This document shows positions 10,670 through 20,000 of a stretch of DNA of 20,000 nt, in pieces (position 1 is the first letter of the stretch; each line of letters starts with the position of its first letter). The stretch is taken from the NCBI GenBank assembly GCA_003614675.1, contig ML002224.1, positions 54,864-74,863 of the forward strand, written 5' to 3'. The translations under genes and the position numbers were made by a program. The notes beneath the pieces were generated by a model, which worked only from the letters and a program-made list of their open reading frames with translations, was not told where the DNA came from and did not search any database. The DNA comes from Dimargaris cristalligena. Taxonomy: Eukaryota.

Positions 10670-11959
10670 TTAAGACGAATCCGTCCGGCGGGCGGGGCGA
10701 GTCCGGGATCGACCAGGGGCAGTTGGCCGTTTGAAATGCAGCGGATTGGGGGCCGGATTATGGTTCGATTTAGTGGGTGGCAAGGAGTCCATGTCAATTC
10801 CGCTGGTCTGGGCCGCACTCGCCGCCTGTTGCTGGAGAACCGGTTCAATTTCCTCCTGGATGTAAGCATCAGTTAATTCCGACAAATCATCCGTTTCCAG
10901 GCGCTTGGTGAACTGGTAGTCCAGGGATTTCTGGATATAGTTGACCAGTCCGCCCCGGTAGGCGGAGAAAAGCATGCGAGTGCGGACGGGGGATGTGATC
11001 GGGCAGTAATAAATGAAGATGGGGTATTGGCTGTTATCCGTGGCTTCTGTGCCGGTAGCCCGGAATCGATAAAGAATGAACCGGGGCTCGTCGGCGGGAA
11101 TACGGGTGACCAATTCGGCCGTGTCACGGACCGAGAAGGCCGCAGTTTCGACGGGATCCATGTCCAGACTCTCCGTCTCCGTATCCACCCGCAGGATTAC
11201 CGCATTGTCGTCGGTGGTGGCCCCGGATTTGGTCAAAGCTTGGTGGAAGGCCTCCAGCGCTGCCTCGGCCGATGGGGTCGCATTAAATTGGACACCCGGC
11301 ACATGGGCGCGCCGGGAGCTCGACGTCAAAGTAAGCTGCTCCAGATCGGCCGCCTGTTCCTTTTCCAAGCGGCGGATTTCCTTTTCCCGCTCGCTTAACG
11401 GCAGGTCGTCCAAGGGGTCCTCCCCCGCCAACTCTCCTTTACCTTCCCCTCCCGCCAACTCTAGCAAAGACCGGATTCGGTGGCTGCGGGCGAATTCCGA
11501 TAGGGTAGCAAACCGGATATCTTCGGCGTCCCGGACGGCCATAGTATGGACGAATTTATTGCTGCCCAGTTGTTTGAGGAGCGTACTCTGAGTGGAGGCG
11601 TAAATCATCTTTTCGCGCACTTTGCCGTGGTCGGGGATGTAGCTGATAAAGAGCCAACGGTCTTCGAGGTAGGTCGGAGAAGTATCGTTATGAGTGTCCG
11701 CTGCCTCCGCGGTCGACGGGGAGGTGGTGGTGTCGAGGCGGTAGAGGAGGTAGCAGGGGTCGTTACTACTGCCAACGAGGGAGGTCAGCTTGCCGAAATC
11801 GGCGTCGGCGTTCTGCTGCCATTCCCCCACGTGGTTCGCCTGGAGGGCCCCATCTGCAATGGTGACCTGGATGAAACGGGTGGTCGAGTCACTTTGGGTG
11901 GCCTGGGCAAACTGCTCGGACAGGGCCAGGGAAACTTCGATACCGCTCTGGTGCGACAT
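10670..11959 (-). CDS. TWF1: Twinfilin (two ADF-H domains plus C-terminal capping-protein-binding tail), single exon, 429 aa
   Basis: N-terminus MSHQSGI; PCYLLYRLD; WLFISYIPDHGKVREKMIYAST; linker PLSEREKE; IPADEPRFILY; FIYYCP..SPVRTRMLFS; tail FKRPTAPGR. Confidence 0.95.
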   Translation of the reverse strand: MSHQSGIEVSLALSEQFAQATQSDSTTRFIQVTIADGALQANHVGEWQQNADADFGKLTSLVGSSNDPCYLLYRLDTTTSPSTAEAADTHNDTSPTYLEDRWLFISYIPDHGKVREKMIYASTQSTLLKQLGSNKFVHTMAVRDAEDIRFATLSEFARSHRIRSLLELAGGEGKGELAGEDPLDDLPLSEREKEIRRLEKEQAADLEQLTLTSSSRRAHVPGVQFNATPSAEAALEAFHQALTKSGATTDDNAVILRVDTETESLDMDPVETAAFSVRDTAELVTRIPADEPRFILYRFRATGTEATDNSQYPIFIYYCPITSPVRTRMLFSAYRGGLVNYIQKSLDYQFTKRLETDDLSELTDAYIQEEIEPVLQQQAASAAQTSGIDMDSLPPTKSNHNPAPNPLHFKRPTAPGRSRTRPARRTDSS

Positions 11960-12946
11960 GGTTATTTATGTTTTTGTCACTTTCTCGTTTTTGAAATGGG
12001 CGGGAAGATATTAGGGGGGTGAAGGGTAATAATGCGGAGGTCAAAATACTAATACTATGGACAGGTAGGAATGTTGAATTGAACGGGTATATAAAGAGGT
12101 GCAGAAGAGGGATGGGAACGGAGAACACGGGGTGAAACTCTGGGAGCCAACGGCCATATACTATAACCATAGGAGGGGGTGTGAAACATGCTAGGTATAT
12201 ATATATATGATATATTACCTTAGTAACGGTACTGACGGACTGGGATATGGACGCTGGCTCTACAATACGTAACCCCTGCACTGTCCCGCCAAGGCTCTCC
12301 TCCTGGTGGGCTCCCTGGGTTTTTAGACTTGGGTCCTGTGATCAATTGTTCGTCGCATTGGAGATAATTAAAACTTCCATCGGCCAAGGCATGAGATGCG
12401 GAGTGCATGATACAGATACTAATACTGAGACTGCCACCGCTGTACAAGGTAAGTGGACAATCCAAGCATCCATCTGGAATCATTTAGCCTAATGTAAACT
12501 ATGGAGTATGGGAGTTCCCGGCTGAGAGGTTCCCTAACCGCTGGATGGAAAATATACCCAATCAGAGGGGAAGAATAGGCCAAGCCAATGCTGGCCCACT
12601 TGATGGTCTATCGGTCTGTGGCTAAATCGAGGCTGCAGCACACAGCCGGACGAGGCTCATCTAGTGAGGGATTTTCGCCCGTCGTTATAATCCAATCATC
12701 CAACCAGAAAGTTCGGCATACCCCCCTCCCCGCCGCACGGAAATACAACACGCTCTTTACGCTATAGACCAAGTCGCAATCACCTATTGGTTTATTACCT
12801 TTGCAGAGAAAGCGAACCGATATATACAGAACGTGTAATGAGGATCACAACATACGAGAAATTATATTACAATGCATTGCGAATGGATAGTGACCCCCCA
12901 AAATGATAAACAGTAATCAATCCGAATCGGGTCGAATTGGGAGGAA

Positions 12947-14393
12947 TCATTGGGTGGAAGTGCGTGGGGGTTTGAGCGAGGCTGGTGGAACCGATGATGA
13001 TGGAGGTACAGTGGTTGGTTTGGTAGTCGAGGCAGCCAGATCACGGATTAAAGCCCGTTTCATACGGGATATGATGACCTCGGTGGGCCGGTCAAGAAAC
13101 TGCAGGGTGGCCACTAGGGCATCGTGTTCGTTCGAGGACCGTTGGTACTGGTCTAATTTCCGCGTCAGGGTAGTATTGAAAAATGAGTCCATCAGTTGCA
13201 GTTGTTGATCAACCAGCCGGCGATTCGTCTCGGTCTGCTGGTGTATATTAGCCCGGTCATTAGTTCCACTACTTATCAATAGGGGGTCCAGGGCGGATGG
13301 GGTAAGGGGGATGTGGGCTAATGGTGGGGGATTCGGAGACTCGAATAATACTTTAAGGTACGAGGAAGTGACCGCAGACGCGATTTGTAAGCTGCAGGGA
13401 ACCAGTATAGAAGTTGAATTATTAATAGGGGCAGGGAAGGGTAAAATTGTTCGTCCGGTCGGATGACAATGGCGCTGCCGGTAGGGTAGCTGGAGGTACT
13501 TTCAGGGATGGGGTGGATAAGACAAGTGGTGAATTAAGGGGCAATGTATTATGGAAGGCCCGGTCGGGCGCAGAGTTCTGCAGTCCACGAGTCTCAACTG
13601 GGCCTGCTTGGGTCATACAGGTGGGGTGTCGGAGTTTCGGGCGGAGTTTATCCATGGATGTCTGGGCACAGTAAGCGTGCAGGTCAACGGAGTTGTGGTA
13701 ATGCGCCAACGCAACCTGTTCTGCATGAACGTGGAGGGGGGAGTTGGACGCCTTGGTAGGCCGCCTAATCCCATTCGATACGGGCGTCGGGTTGGGCATG
13801 GTAGGGATCGAAACTGGGCCAGGTTGGCTAATGGTTGGGCCCGTGAGTGAATCGGACATGCAGGGCAGCCAAATTACGACCCCCAATAGGGGCTGGAGCT
13901 GAGGCAGGGCCTCCTGGGCCAAGTCCTCGGTGAAGGAGTCATTAGGAAGTGGGGCGGGGTTTATCGACAAGGGGCGGGTCGGTTTGCTTGGGGGATTAGT
14001 CGTGGCAGTGGGAGCCACCCGCCGGGCAGCTATGACTTTAAGCAGGGCCGATTCAATAGTGTCAAAGTAACAAAGGGCCACGTCGCGCGGCTGGAGACTG
14101 TTGGTGGGGACATTGACCGCTGGTGCACAATACCACCCCACAACTGTAGACGCCGACGCTGCTGAGGCCGAGTGTAAAGGGTTGACCACGTGAGCATTGA
14201 GAATGGAGATAAGGTCGTGGTCGGAGTGGGAAAAGGGGACCAGCCCATCGATTTGGATGTGGACCTGGGGGAGACCCTGGGAATCAAGTACAGTCCGACG
14301 TTGGCCACAAAGGATCCCTTGTTTTGGAATCAGGGTCCCGCCCATGGCGATGAGTTTGGCGTAAGCCTCCGCTGGGATCGTAGCGGAGGGCAT
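12947..14393 (-). CDS. Divergent MPN-minus domain protein resembling Abraxas/ABRO1 (FAM175), with a C-terminal helical/coiled-coil segment; encoded in two frames (14393-13422 and 13501-12947), junction unresolved
   Basis: The N-terminal pattern ATIPAEAYAKL..QGILCGQ..DSQ..HIQIDGLVPF..VVGWY..QPRDV resembles remembered Abraxas (GFLLGE..DSQ..IDIQKYIP..VVGWY..TFRE). There is no JAMM HxH motif. The second frame is open from 13501 and ends in an amphipathic helical region. Confidence 0.55.
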
Positions 14394-14603
14394 GATTAAG
14401 TATTCCGGTAATAAACTCGAGTGAGAGTGGATGGGTGAAACGGTCCTGTAGGGCTTTGGGAGTAAGGGTGCTGCGGCGGGTGGATTAGCCTGATGGATGA
14501 GAGAGATGGACTAAAAGATATGTCTGGGCGGGGTGAGTGAAGAAGAGAGGGGGGGGTAGGTAGGTAAAGTAGTTGGAGTAGAAAGGTGGGGGAATCGGAG
14601 CGG

Positions 14604-14617
14604 GTTAACGCGTTAAC
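14604..14617. promoter_or_regulatory. Perfect 14-bp palindrome GTTAACGCGTTAAC containing an MCB-like ACGCGT, about 210 bp upstream of the Abraxas-like ATG
   Basis: The palindrome is read directly. ACGCGT is the MluI cell-cycle box of fungal MBF targets; function here is inferred. Confidence 0.4.
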
Positions 14618-15162
14618 GAAGGTGACACAGAGGAGTATACGTAAAGAGCAACGGAGTACGATGAGTGGAGCGAGGGTGTTTCAACGAGGATGGATGGACG
14701 GGAGCGAAACTACAGGGGCTGGATGGGCCGAGGAGCAGCAAAGGGCAGTGACAAATGTATGGACATATTCTGGGCTGACGGGCAGATGGTGCCGAGGGGT
14801 GGAAATCCGAAAGCAATGGATGAACAAGGACTTAACCAGAATACAGGAAAGATGCGACGGAATGGGTTTCTTGTATAAATGTCAAGAAGATTAATTGAGT
14901 AGGGTGTATTAGCCAGGTGGAGTCTCGACTGGCGGGATGTTCACAGGTTGTGTGAACTATATGCGTCCAGTGTAGTAGAGGATCCACTCTTATTCCAAAG
15001 ACCGTTCTACTTTGGCACTGCTGTATTTCCTTTTACCCTGCGAAGCTGCTTACACTAAAGGTTAAACATATTTTTTAGTAAAAGTCGGAGAGTCGGTTTT
15101 TGGTGGTTATAATACAGGAGGGAAATAAAAAAGAAGCGGAGTGGAGCAATGAAGAGGACAGT

Positions 15163-15456
15163 CTATTTGGCGGACTGCTTGTACATAGTCGTGTCGAGAA
15201 TTTTGACCCCGCACATGGCGCATATACCCTTCTTGTACGCGCAGGCCTGGCACCAATTGGCCTGGGGCTGGTGCACCGCTGAGCGACACACCTTGCATTT
15301 GCTCGAATACGGCTGGAAGCGGTTCTTCTTGGCAGCCAGCAATTTGTTTTCGTTGAGTTTGCGATCCTTGCCAACGGTGGCGTTTCGGGAACCGGCTTTC
15401 CAGGTATCGGAACACGCGACTTTGCCCAGCTTCTTTTCGCATTTTTGGCACACCAT
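15163..15456 (-). CDS. CRIPT: CRIPT (cysteine-rich PDZ-binding protein; minor-spliceosome-associated zinc protein), intronless, 97 aa
   Basis: MVCQKCEKKLGKV..DTWKAG..RKLNENKLL..CKVCRSAVHQ..WCQACAYKKGICAMCGVKILDT..YKQS closely matches the CRIPT family. The likely ATG is at 15456. Confidence 0.95.
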   Translation of the reverse strand: MVCQKCEKKLGKVACSDTWKAGSRNATVGKDRKLNENKLLAAKKNRFQPYSSKCKVCRSAVHQPQANWCQACAYKKGICAMCGVKILDTTMYKQSAK

Positions 15457-16213
15457 AGCGGATAATAATAGGTCAGGAAAGGCAAGTGCGAAACAAAGGG
15501 AATAAGGAAAAGAGAGAAAGGGGGGCGGGTGGAATCTAACTGAAAGTTGGCTAACTAAGAGACACACACCCAGCTAGGGAAGAAGCAGTGTATGTTAACT
15601 GAAGTCCTCCAAACCACTTTGTCCTTGATAAATAGTCAAAGGGGAAAGAAAAAGTCGGTATAGCCCGATAAATCCTACGCCCCCCCTTTTGGCTTCTCCT
15701 GTATACGAAGAATGCCTGTCCTCCAGTAGGCGGGTTTCGGTCAACGATAGGTAGGTAGGTGGGAGACACCTTCCTTCCAATGTCTTTGTGACAGATGGGG
15801 GGAGGTTTTACAGCCTCTTTATTAGCCTTGGCTCCCACTACTAGGCTGCGTCAGTGGCGCGCGTCAGTCCGCCCTGGTTTCTTCCCCCCGGAAATCGCCA
15901 GTGTAGAAGGTTTAAAAGGCCCCTTATTCCCCCCCCGAAGGTTTCCTCCAATAGCTTCTGTATCTTTCCCCAATCCCTCATTTATATTTTCATACTTCCA
16001 TTTGTCACTTATCCTTTTGTAGTTTCTTTAAGCATTCCCCCTTCTAGCGAGCCATTCCACGCGCTATTGATCAACAATACAGCGTATACTTCGCATCCGT
16101 CCTTCGCTAGCCTACAGTCCGACCTCGTACCCCAACCACCCCTGGTCGCGATCTCCCGTACTATCCCCCCCCCCACATTCGCGTGTCCTATCACCCCATC
16201 CCCACCTCGGACC
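15457..16213. promoter_or_regulatory. Divergent (head-to-head) intergenic/promoter region shared by CRIPT and NELF-A
   Basis: 757 bp between opposed ATGs, with pyrimidine-rich leaders on each transcribed strand. A central GC-rich core has GCGTCAGT twice (15848-15855, 15861-15868) around GGCGCGC. Confidence 0.55.
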
Positions 16214-19200
16214 ATGTCGGGCGAACAAAAGGTCAAGCTAGTCCAAGACTGGCTAACCCAAATCCACAACAACCACCCCCATTTCCGGGCATCGGCCATC
16301 CTGGCCAGCGAAATGACCCTCGACAACTTCCCCTACATCATGGCGCTGTGGTCCTCCCTCGATTCCGGTATCAAACTTAATTTACTCTTTTCCGCCGCTA
16401 TCGTCCGTAAGGGTATGCTTCCTACCCTATTGCCGTTCTTGGAGCAGGTAGGTTATTCCCCTTAATCCATTATATAGCGGACAATTGGCTCAGGCCGATC
16501 AACCGAATTCGGTTTATTTAGACCAAACCTTTCGGAGTATATAGATCTAGGCTGCCGTATTTTCCTGCGCTACATCCCGGTTAGTTTCTCTATCCAGGGT
16601 AACTTCAATGTGCCCTGGGGTGAGGAATGGTGGGACCATATTGGCAATACCACGGCTCAGTTACATGTCAGCAGCATACCTACCCCAGTTCACCCTGGGT
16701 GCCCCCAAACAAACCTTGGCAGTATACTAATGCAATTGGTCCTACCAAGTGAAACACCCAGTTGGATGCCTGTTATTAGAATGATGCATCTTGTTGGTGG
16801 ATACTCTGAAGAACAATGTACACTTATATAGAATACCCCCCGGGTTTCTATTTGAGGCCAAGTGCGTGAATAGACAGTGTTGGTGGCCGAATAATCGGTC
16901 AAGCTATCAGCGATATACCACACTGACGTGCACTTTTTGGATTTCAGCCCAATCCCGAAATATAAAACCATTCCTGGTACATAAATTCACACAAGGGGTT
17001 AGGGACAGGGTGCAATTATGAGATACATCAGACCTTGCATATGATAGACTTATTGTTATAATAAGCTGCTCAAGAAAGCTGAGAATAAAGTGCCCTTCGC
17101 TGGCTTCTCCAAGGCCCGACTATCTCAAAGTTGGGTACCAAACCAGCTTGACAATGAAATTTGCACATTTCCCTCCAACCAATAAAATGCCCGCTATCCC
17201 TAATGAGCACCCATTTAAGTGAGAATAAAACAAACAAACAGATGAAAGGCCTATGATTAGGCATTCAGCCCTATAATCTTAATATTATGAGAACTTTACT
17301 AATAGTCAACCGTGATATGTATTTTACCTGTTTATTTTTATCTATACCCTCCCGTAACCCATGTCATACAGATGCTTGCCGTCGCCATTACTGATAAAGA
17401 TTCGTGGGTTTCAACCATTGCCAGAGTACTCCAGCCCTATCCGAGCCGCGGTACCATTAATTTGGCCACCCCTGAGCTGACACAACTCAATCAGTCCGCC
17501 ATGGAAACCCGTAAGTGCACTATACATTTTCCTTCCGTTTCTATGCGCAATGGGTCCATCGTTTATAATTATTTTACGACCTATGCCATGCCAAGTATGG
17601 CGTGTAAGAAATTTACTGTATCGTTACTATCCCCTTCGGCTTATGGGCTAGTTATCGAGGCTTGTCCGCTAATACACATCCCCCAATTATCTCGTACTGA
17701 TTTTTAACCCTATGCTTATTCTCTTTTTTATTACATTGTCTTAGTTCGTGAGGCCCAAATCAATATCGCCCCGAAGGACTACGCCCTACTCAACTCTCCC
17801 GTTCGCGAGCGTATCTGCCCCCGCTTCACCTCGATTGATATCCTCCAAACTAACCGCGCCGTATTCCAGGTTCAGCCAAAGGCCCAAATCGCCCATACCG
17901 ATCGACTGGATGCTTTACGTCAGGCCGCTAAAGATGCCATCAATGGGGCCAAATCAGGCCTCATGTTCACTAAAACCCAGCCCCCCGCGGGTATGGGTGG
18001 GGTCGGGAGCCGCCCCGGTGCGATCGTGTCCCCCACGCATCCCAGTAAACCCGTTATCGGTGGTTTATCTCGCCAGATGCCCCCCAGTGCTGGGGTACGG
18101 CCGGGAATGCCGGGAAGTAATCCCGCTATTTCCAGCTTGTTTGTAAACCGCAAGAAACCGGCCACAGGCGCGGCCTCTTTCTTGCGTCCATCGGCCCCAA
18201 AACCCGCTAACACTGCGATTAATCGAGGTAATTATTATGATGTTCTGTATATACAAGCCCTAGCCCCCCTATTGTATTATATTATGCCGCTAGCCCTGGG
18301 AAATGGTCTCCATATTCCAGCAACCCACTGAGCTGTTTAACTTATACTAACAAACTGGTTTATTATTTTGTCTGGCTCCATCTCAATAGTAATTCCGGCG
18401 GGTGTAACTAGCCGGCCACAAAAGCAGAGTCGCGTTAAAATGCTAGACATCGATGAGGCCCAGTCTATTAACAAACAGCAGGAGGAGACTAAAATCCGCA
18501 CGAAAGAGAGTAAGTCCAATGTCCTTTAATTTGTTTTTTCTCGACTATCCATGCCATTTTAATTATGTTTGATTCAAGTTCACCCCTAATGACTTCGCCA
18601 TCTCGTGAGTGAACACTAATCAATATGCCAATTATCCCCGCCCTGGTATACCATTTCTTCTTCCCTACTCTCTTTTTCCAGACGAAATTGCGGAACGGGA
18701 AAATAAGCGCCTACAGGCCAAAAAAGAAGCTGAGGAACGCAAAATTCAAGAACAGGAGCGCAAGAAGGAGCTTCAGCGTGAAAGGCTGGAAAAACGAGCG
18801 CAGCGTCAGAAACAAAAAGAGGAGGAGGTCGCAATCAAGGCCGTTAAGCGCCAAACCCGGAAAGAGCAGCGCGAGGCGGCGGCCAAGCGCAAGGCCGATG
18901 AAGAGTCCGATGACGATGGCGATAACGTTGATAGTGATGGGGATGGTGATATAGATACTGGCGTTACAAACAAGAGTAAATTCCCCAGAAACAGTCGCAA
19001 GGAATCGACTTCCGACGATATCGAATCAGGCGAAGACCGGGGCGTCGAAGTCAACGAGTCGCCTAGCGGACCAACCAAACGCCGTCGATTGGTGCGACGG
19101 GTTTCCCGGATTCCCGACTCAGATGCCGACGATCTTCCCGATTACGAAGATAATGAGGGTGACAAGGACATACAGGTAACCGCTAAACCCAAACCCACCC

Positions 19201-19631
19201 GTTCTGCGCCAACCGCAAAGACCGTCGACGATGACGGTGACGAAGAGGATGACGACGACGACGATGGTCCTAACCAAGGGGATATGAAGGTGGATACCTC
19301 CGCGGCTGCTAATCAACCTACCACCGCTTCATTACCTAACAATGATCTGAGCGATGTTCCCCCTCAACTCCACGATCTGGTCGGTACGATTTTCCGCCAT
19401 AGTAATGTACTTAATCCCGTCGATCGGCGCGTTATCATCGATTTCCTATCCGGTAATCAGGACCGCCAGGCCCCTAATATTGACGACAGTGGCGTCTACC
19501 GGGCGGCCGTGCACCAGCAAATTGTCGCCGACCCGGCGACGGGTGCCCAAATGATAGAGCACATCGATTTTGAAATCGATTATAATACTGGTCATTGGCG
19601 TCAAATGAAACGGCGGTCACAAGCAGCTTGA
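16214..19631 (+). CDS. NELFA: Negative elongation factor A (NELF-A) homologue; 5 exons: 16214-16447, 17372-17510, 17745-18227, 18390-18509, 18682-19631 (641 aa)
   Basis: GT-AG introns give a continuous 1926-nt frame. N-terminal DWL..LDSGIKLNLLFS..EQ|MLAVAITDKDSWVSTIARVLQPYPSRGTINL resembles human LSSAVKLKLLLG..ASLDSDPWVLMVADILKSFPDTGSLNL. QKQSRVKMLDIDE resembles RKERGVKLLDISE. C-terminal IFRHSNVLNPVDRRVIIDFLSG..FEIDYNTGHWRQMKR resembles MFKTANKVTRPEKALILGFMAG..FEMNYATGQWTRFKK. Human sequences are from memory. Confidence 0.88.
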
Positions 19632-19859
19632 AATCAGTTAAATTGGCATTATTAATGTTTCCTCCCCTTCCTCGCGTGCGTCTTATTATTTTTCTTAGTT
19701 GCCACGGTCATTAGGATATCGATATACCTTTAAATATGTTTCTAATATAGTTCCGAATATATATATATATCGATTATGAGTGTGTATAGTCATATATGGG
19801 GCTAGAAATGTAATTGCTTTTGTATAACCCGAAAAAAGATGTATTAATATCAGCCACAG

Positions 19860-20000
19860 TTATAAATGTAATGGTGGCAGAGGGCTTTTAAAGGAAGGCT
19901 GTGTAATTGTAGTAACACGGCCCGGGGATCCGGGAGGGTTCAGCGTGGCCCTATCGGGTTGAAGGGCACCGGACCGTGAGGAGGAGGCCGGAAACAACCG
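19860..20000 (-). CDS. Probable 3' end of a neighbouring gene running off the window; product unknown
   Basis: GC-rich open frame RLFPASSSRSGALQPDRATLNPPGSPGRVTTITQPSFKSPLPPLHL* followed by an AT-rich region with an (AT)n tract at 19757-19770. Confidence 0.4.
   Translation of the reverse strand, partial: RLFPASSSRSGALQPDRATLNPPGSPGRVTTITQPSFKSPLPPLHL

Noticed and set aside
11027-12022. Long plus-strand ORFs (123, 171 and 158 aa) antisense to twinfilin
   Set aside because: Shadow ORFs of a GC-rich coding strand with no recognisable motifs.
15457-15567. N-terminal extension of the CRIPT ORF in the track
   Set aside because: Non-ATG start in a pyrimidine-rich leader; the family begins at MVC.
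15854-16213. 120-codon in-frame upstream extension of NELF-A exon 1 from a GTG
   Set aside because: It is pyrimidine-rich UTR/promoter-like sequence, and homology begins at the ATG at 16214 (context ACCATG).
16775-17085. ATGAT...CTGA words suggesting an intronic C/D snoRNA
   Set aside because: The C boxes are imperfect, spacing is too short, and no terminal stem or recognisable guide is present.
1-20000. Transposons, tRNA/rRNA genes, CRISPR-like arrays
   Set aside because: None recognisable by eye; only short microsatellites and homopolymers are present.

Overview
Gene-dense eukaryotic DNA with short GT-AG spliceosomal introns and CTAAC/CTAAT-type branch points. Gene content and intron style suggest a fungus, probably an early-diverging (non-Dikarya) lineage; this is an inference. 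Eight complete protein-coding genes can be supported: a 4-exon class I CPD photolyase (+), a Rax1-like RGS-domain membrane protein (+), a DAGK/sphingosine-kinase-family lipid kinase (-), a JMJD5/KDM8-like JmjC oxygenase (-), twinfilin (-), a divergent MPN-minus protein resembling Abraxas/ABRO1 that is split over two frames (-), CRIPT (-), and a 5-exon NELF-A homologue (+) that no single ORF in the track captures. A probable 3' end of one further gene lies at the right edge. The main finding is an apparently full-length NELF-A, the promoter-proximal pausing factor absent from model yeasts, lying head-to-head with CRIPT and next to the Abraxas-like gene. All family assignments come from motifs recognised by eye against remembered reference sequences; no database search was run.
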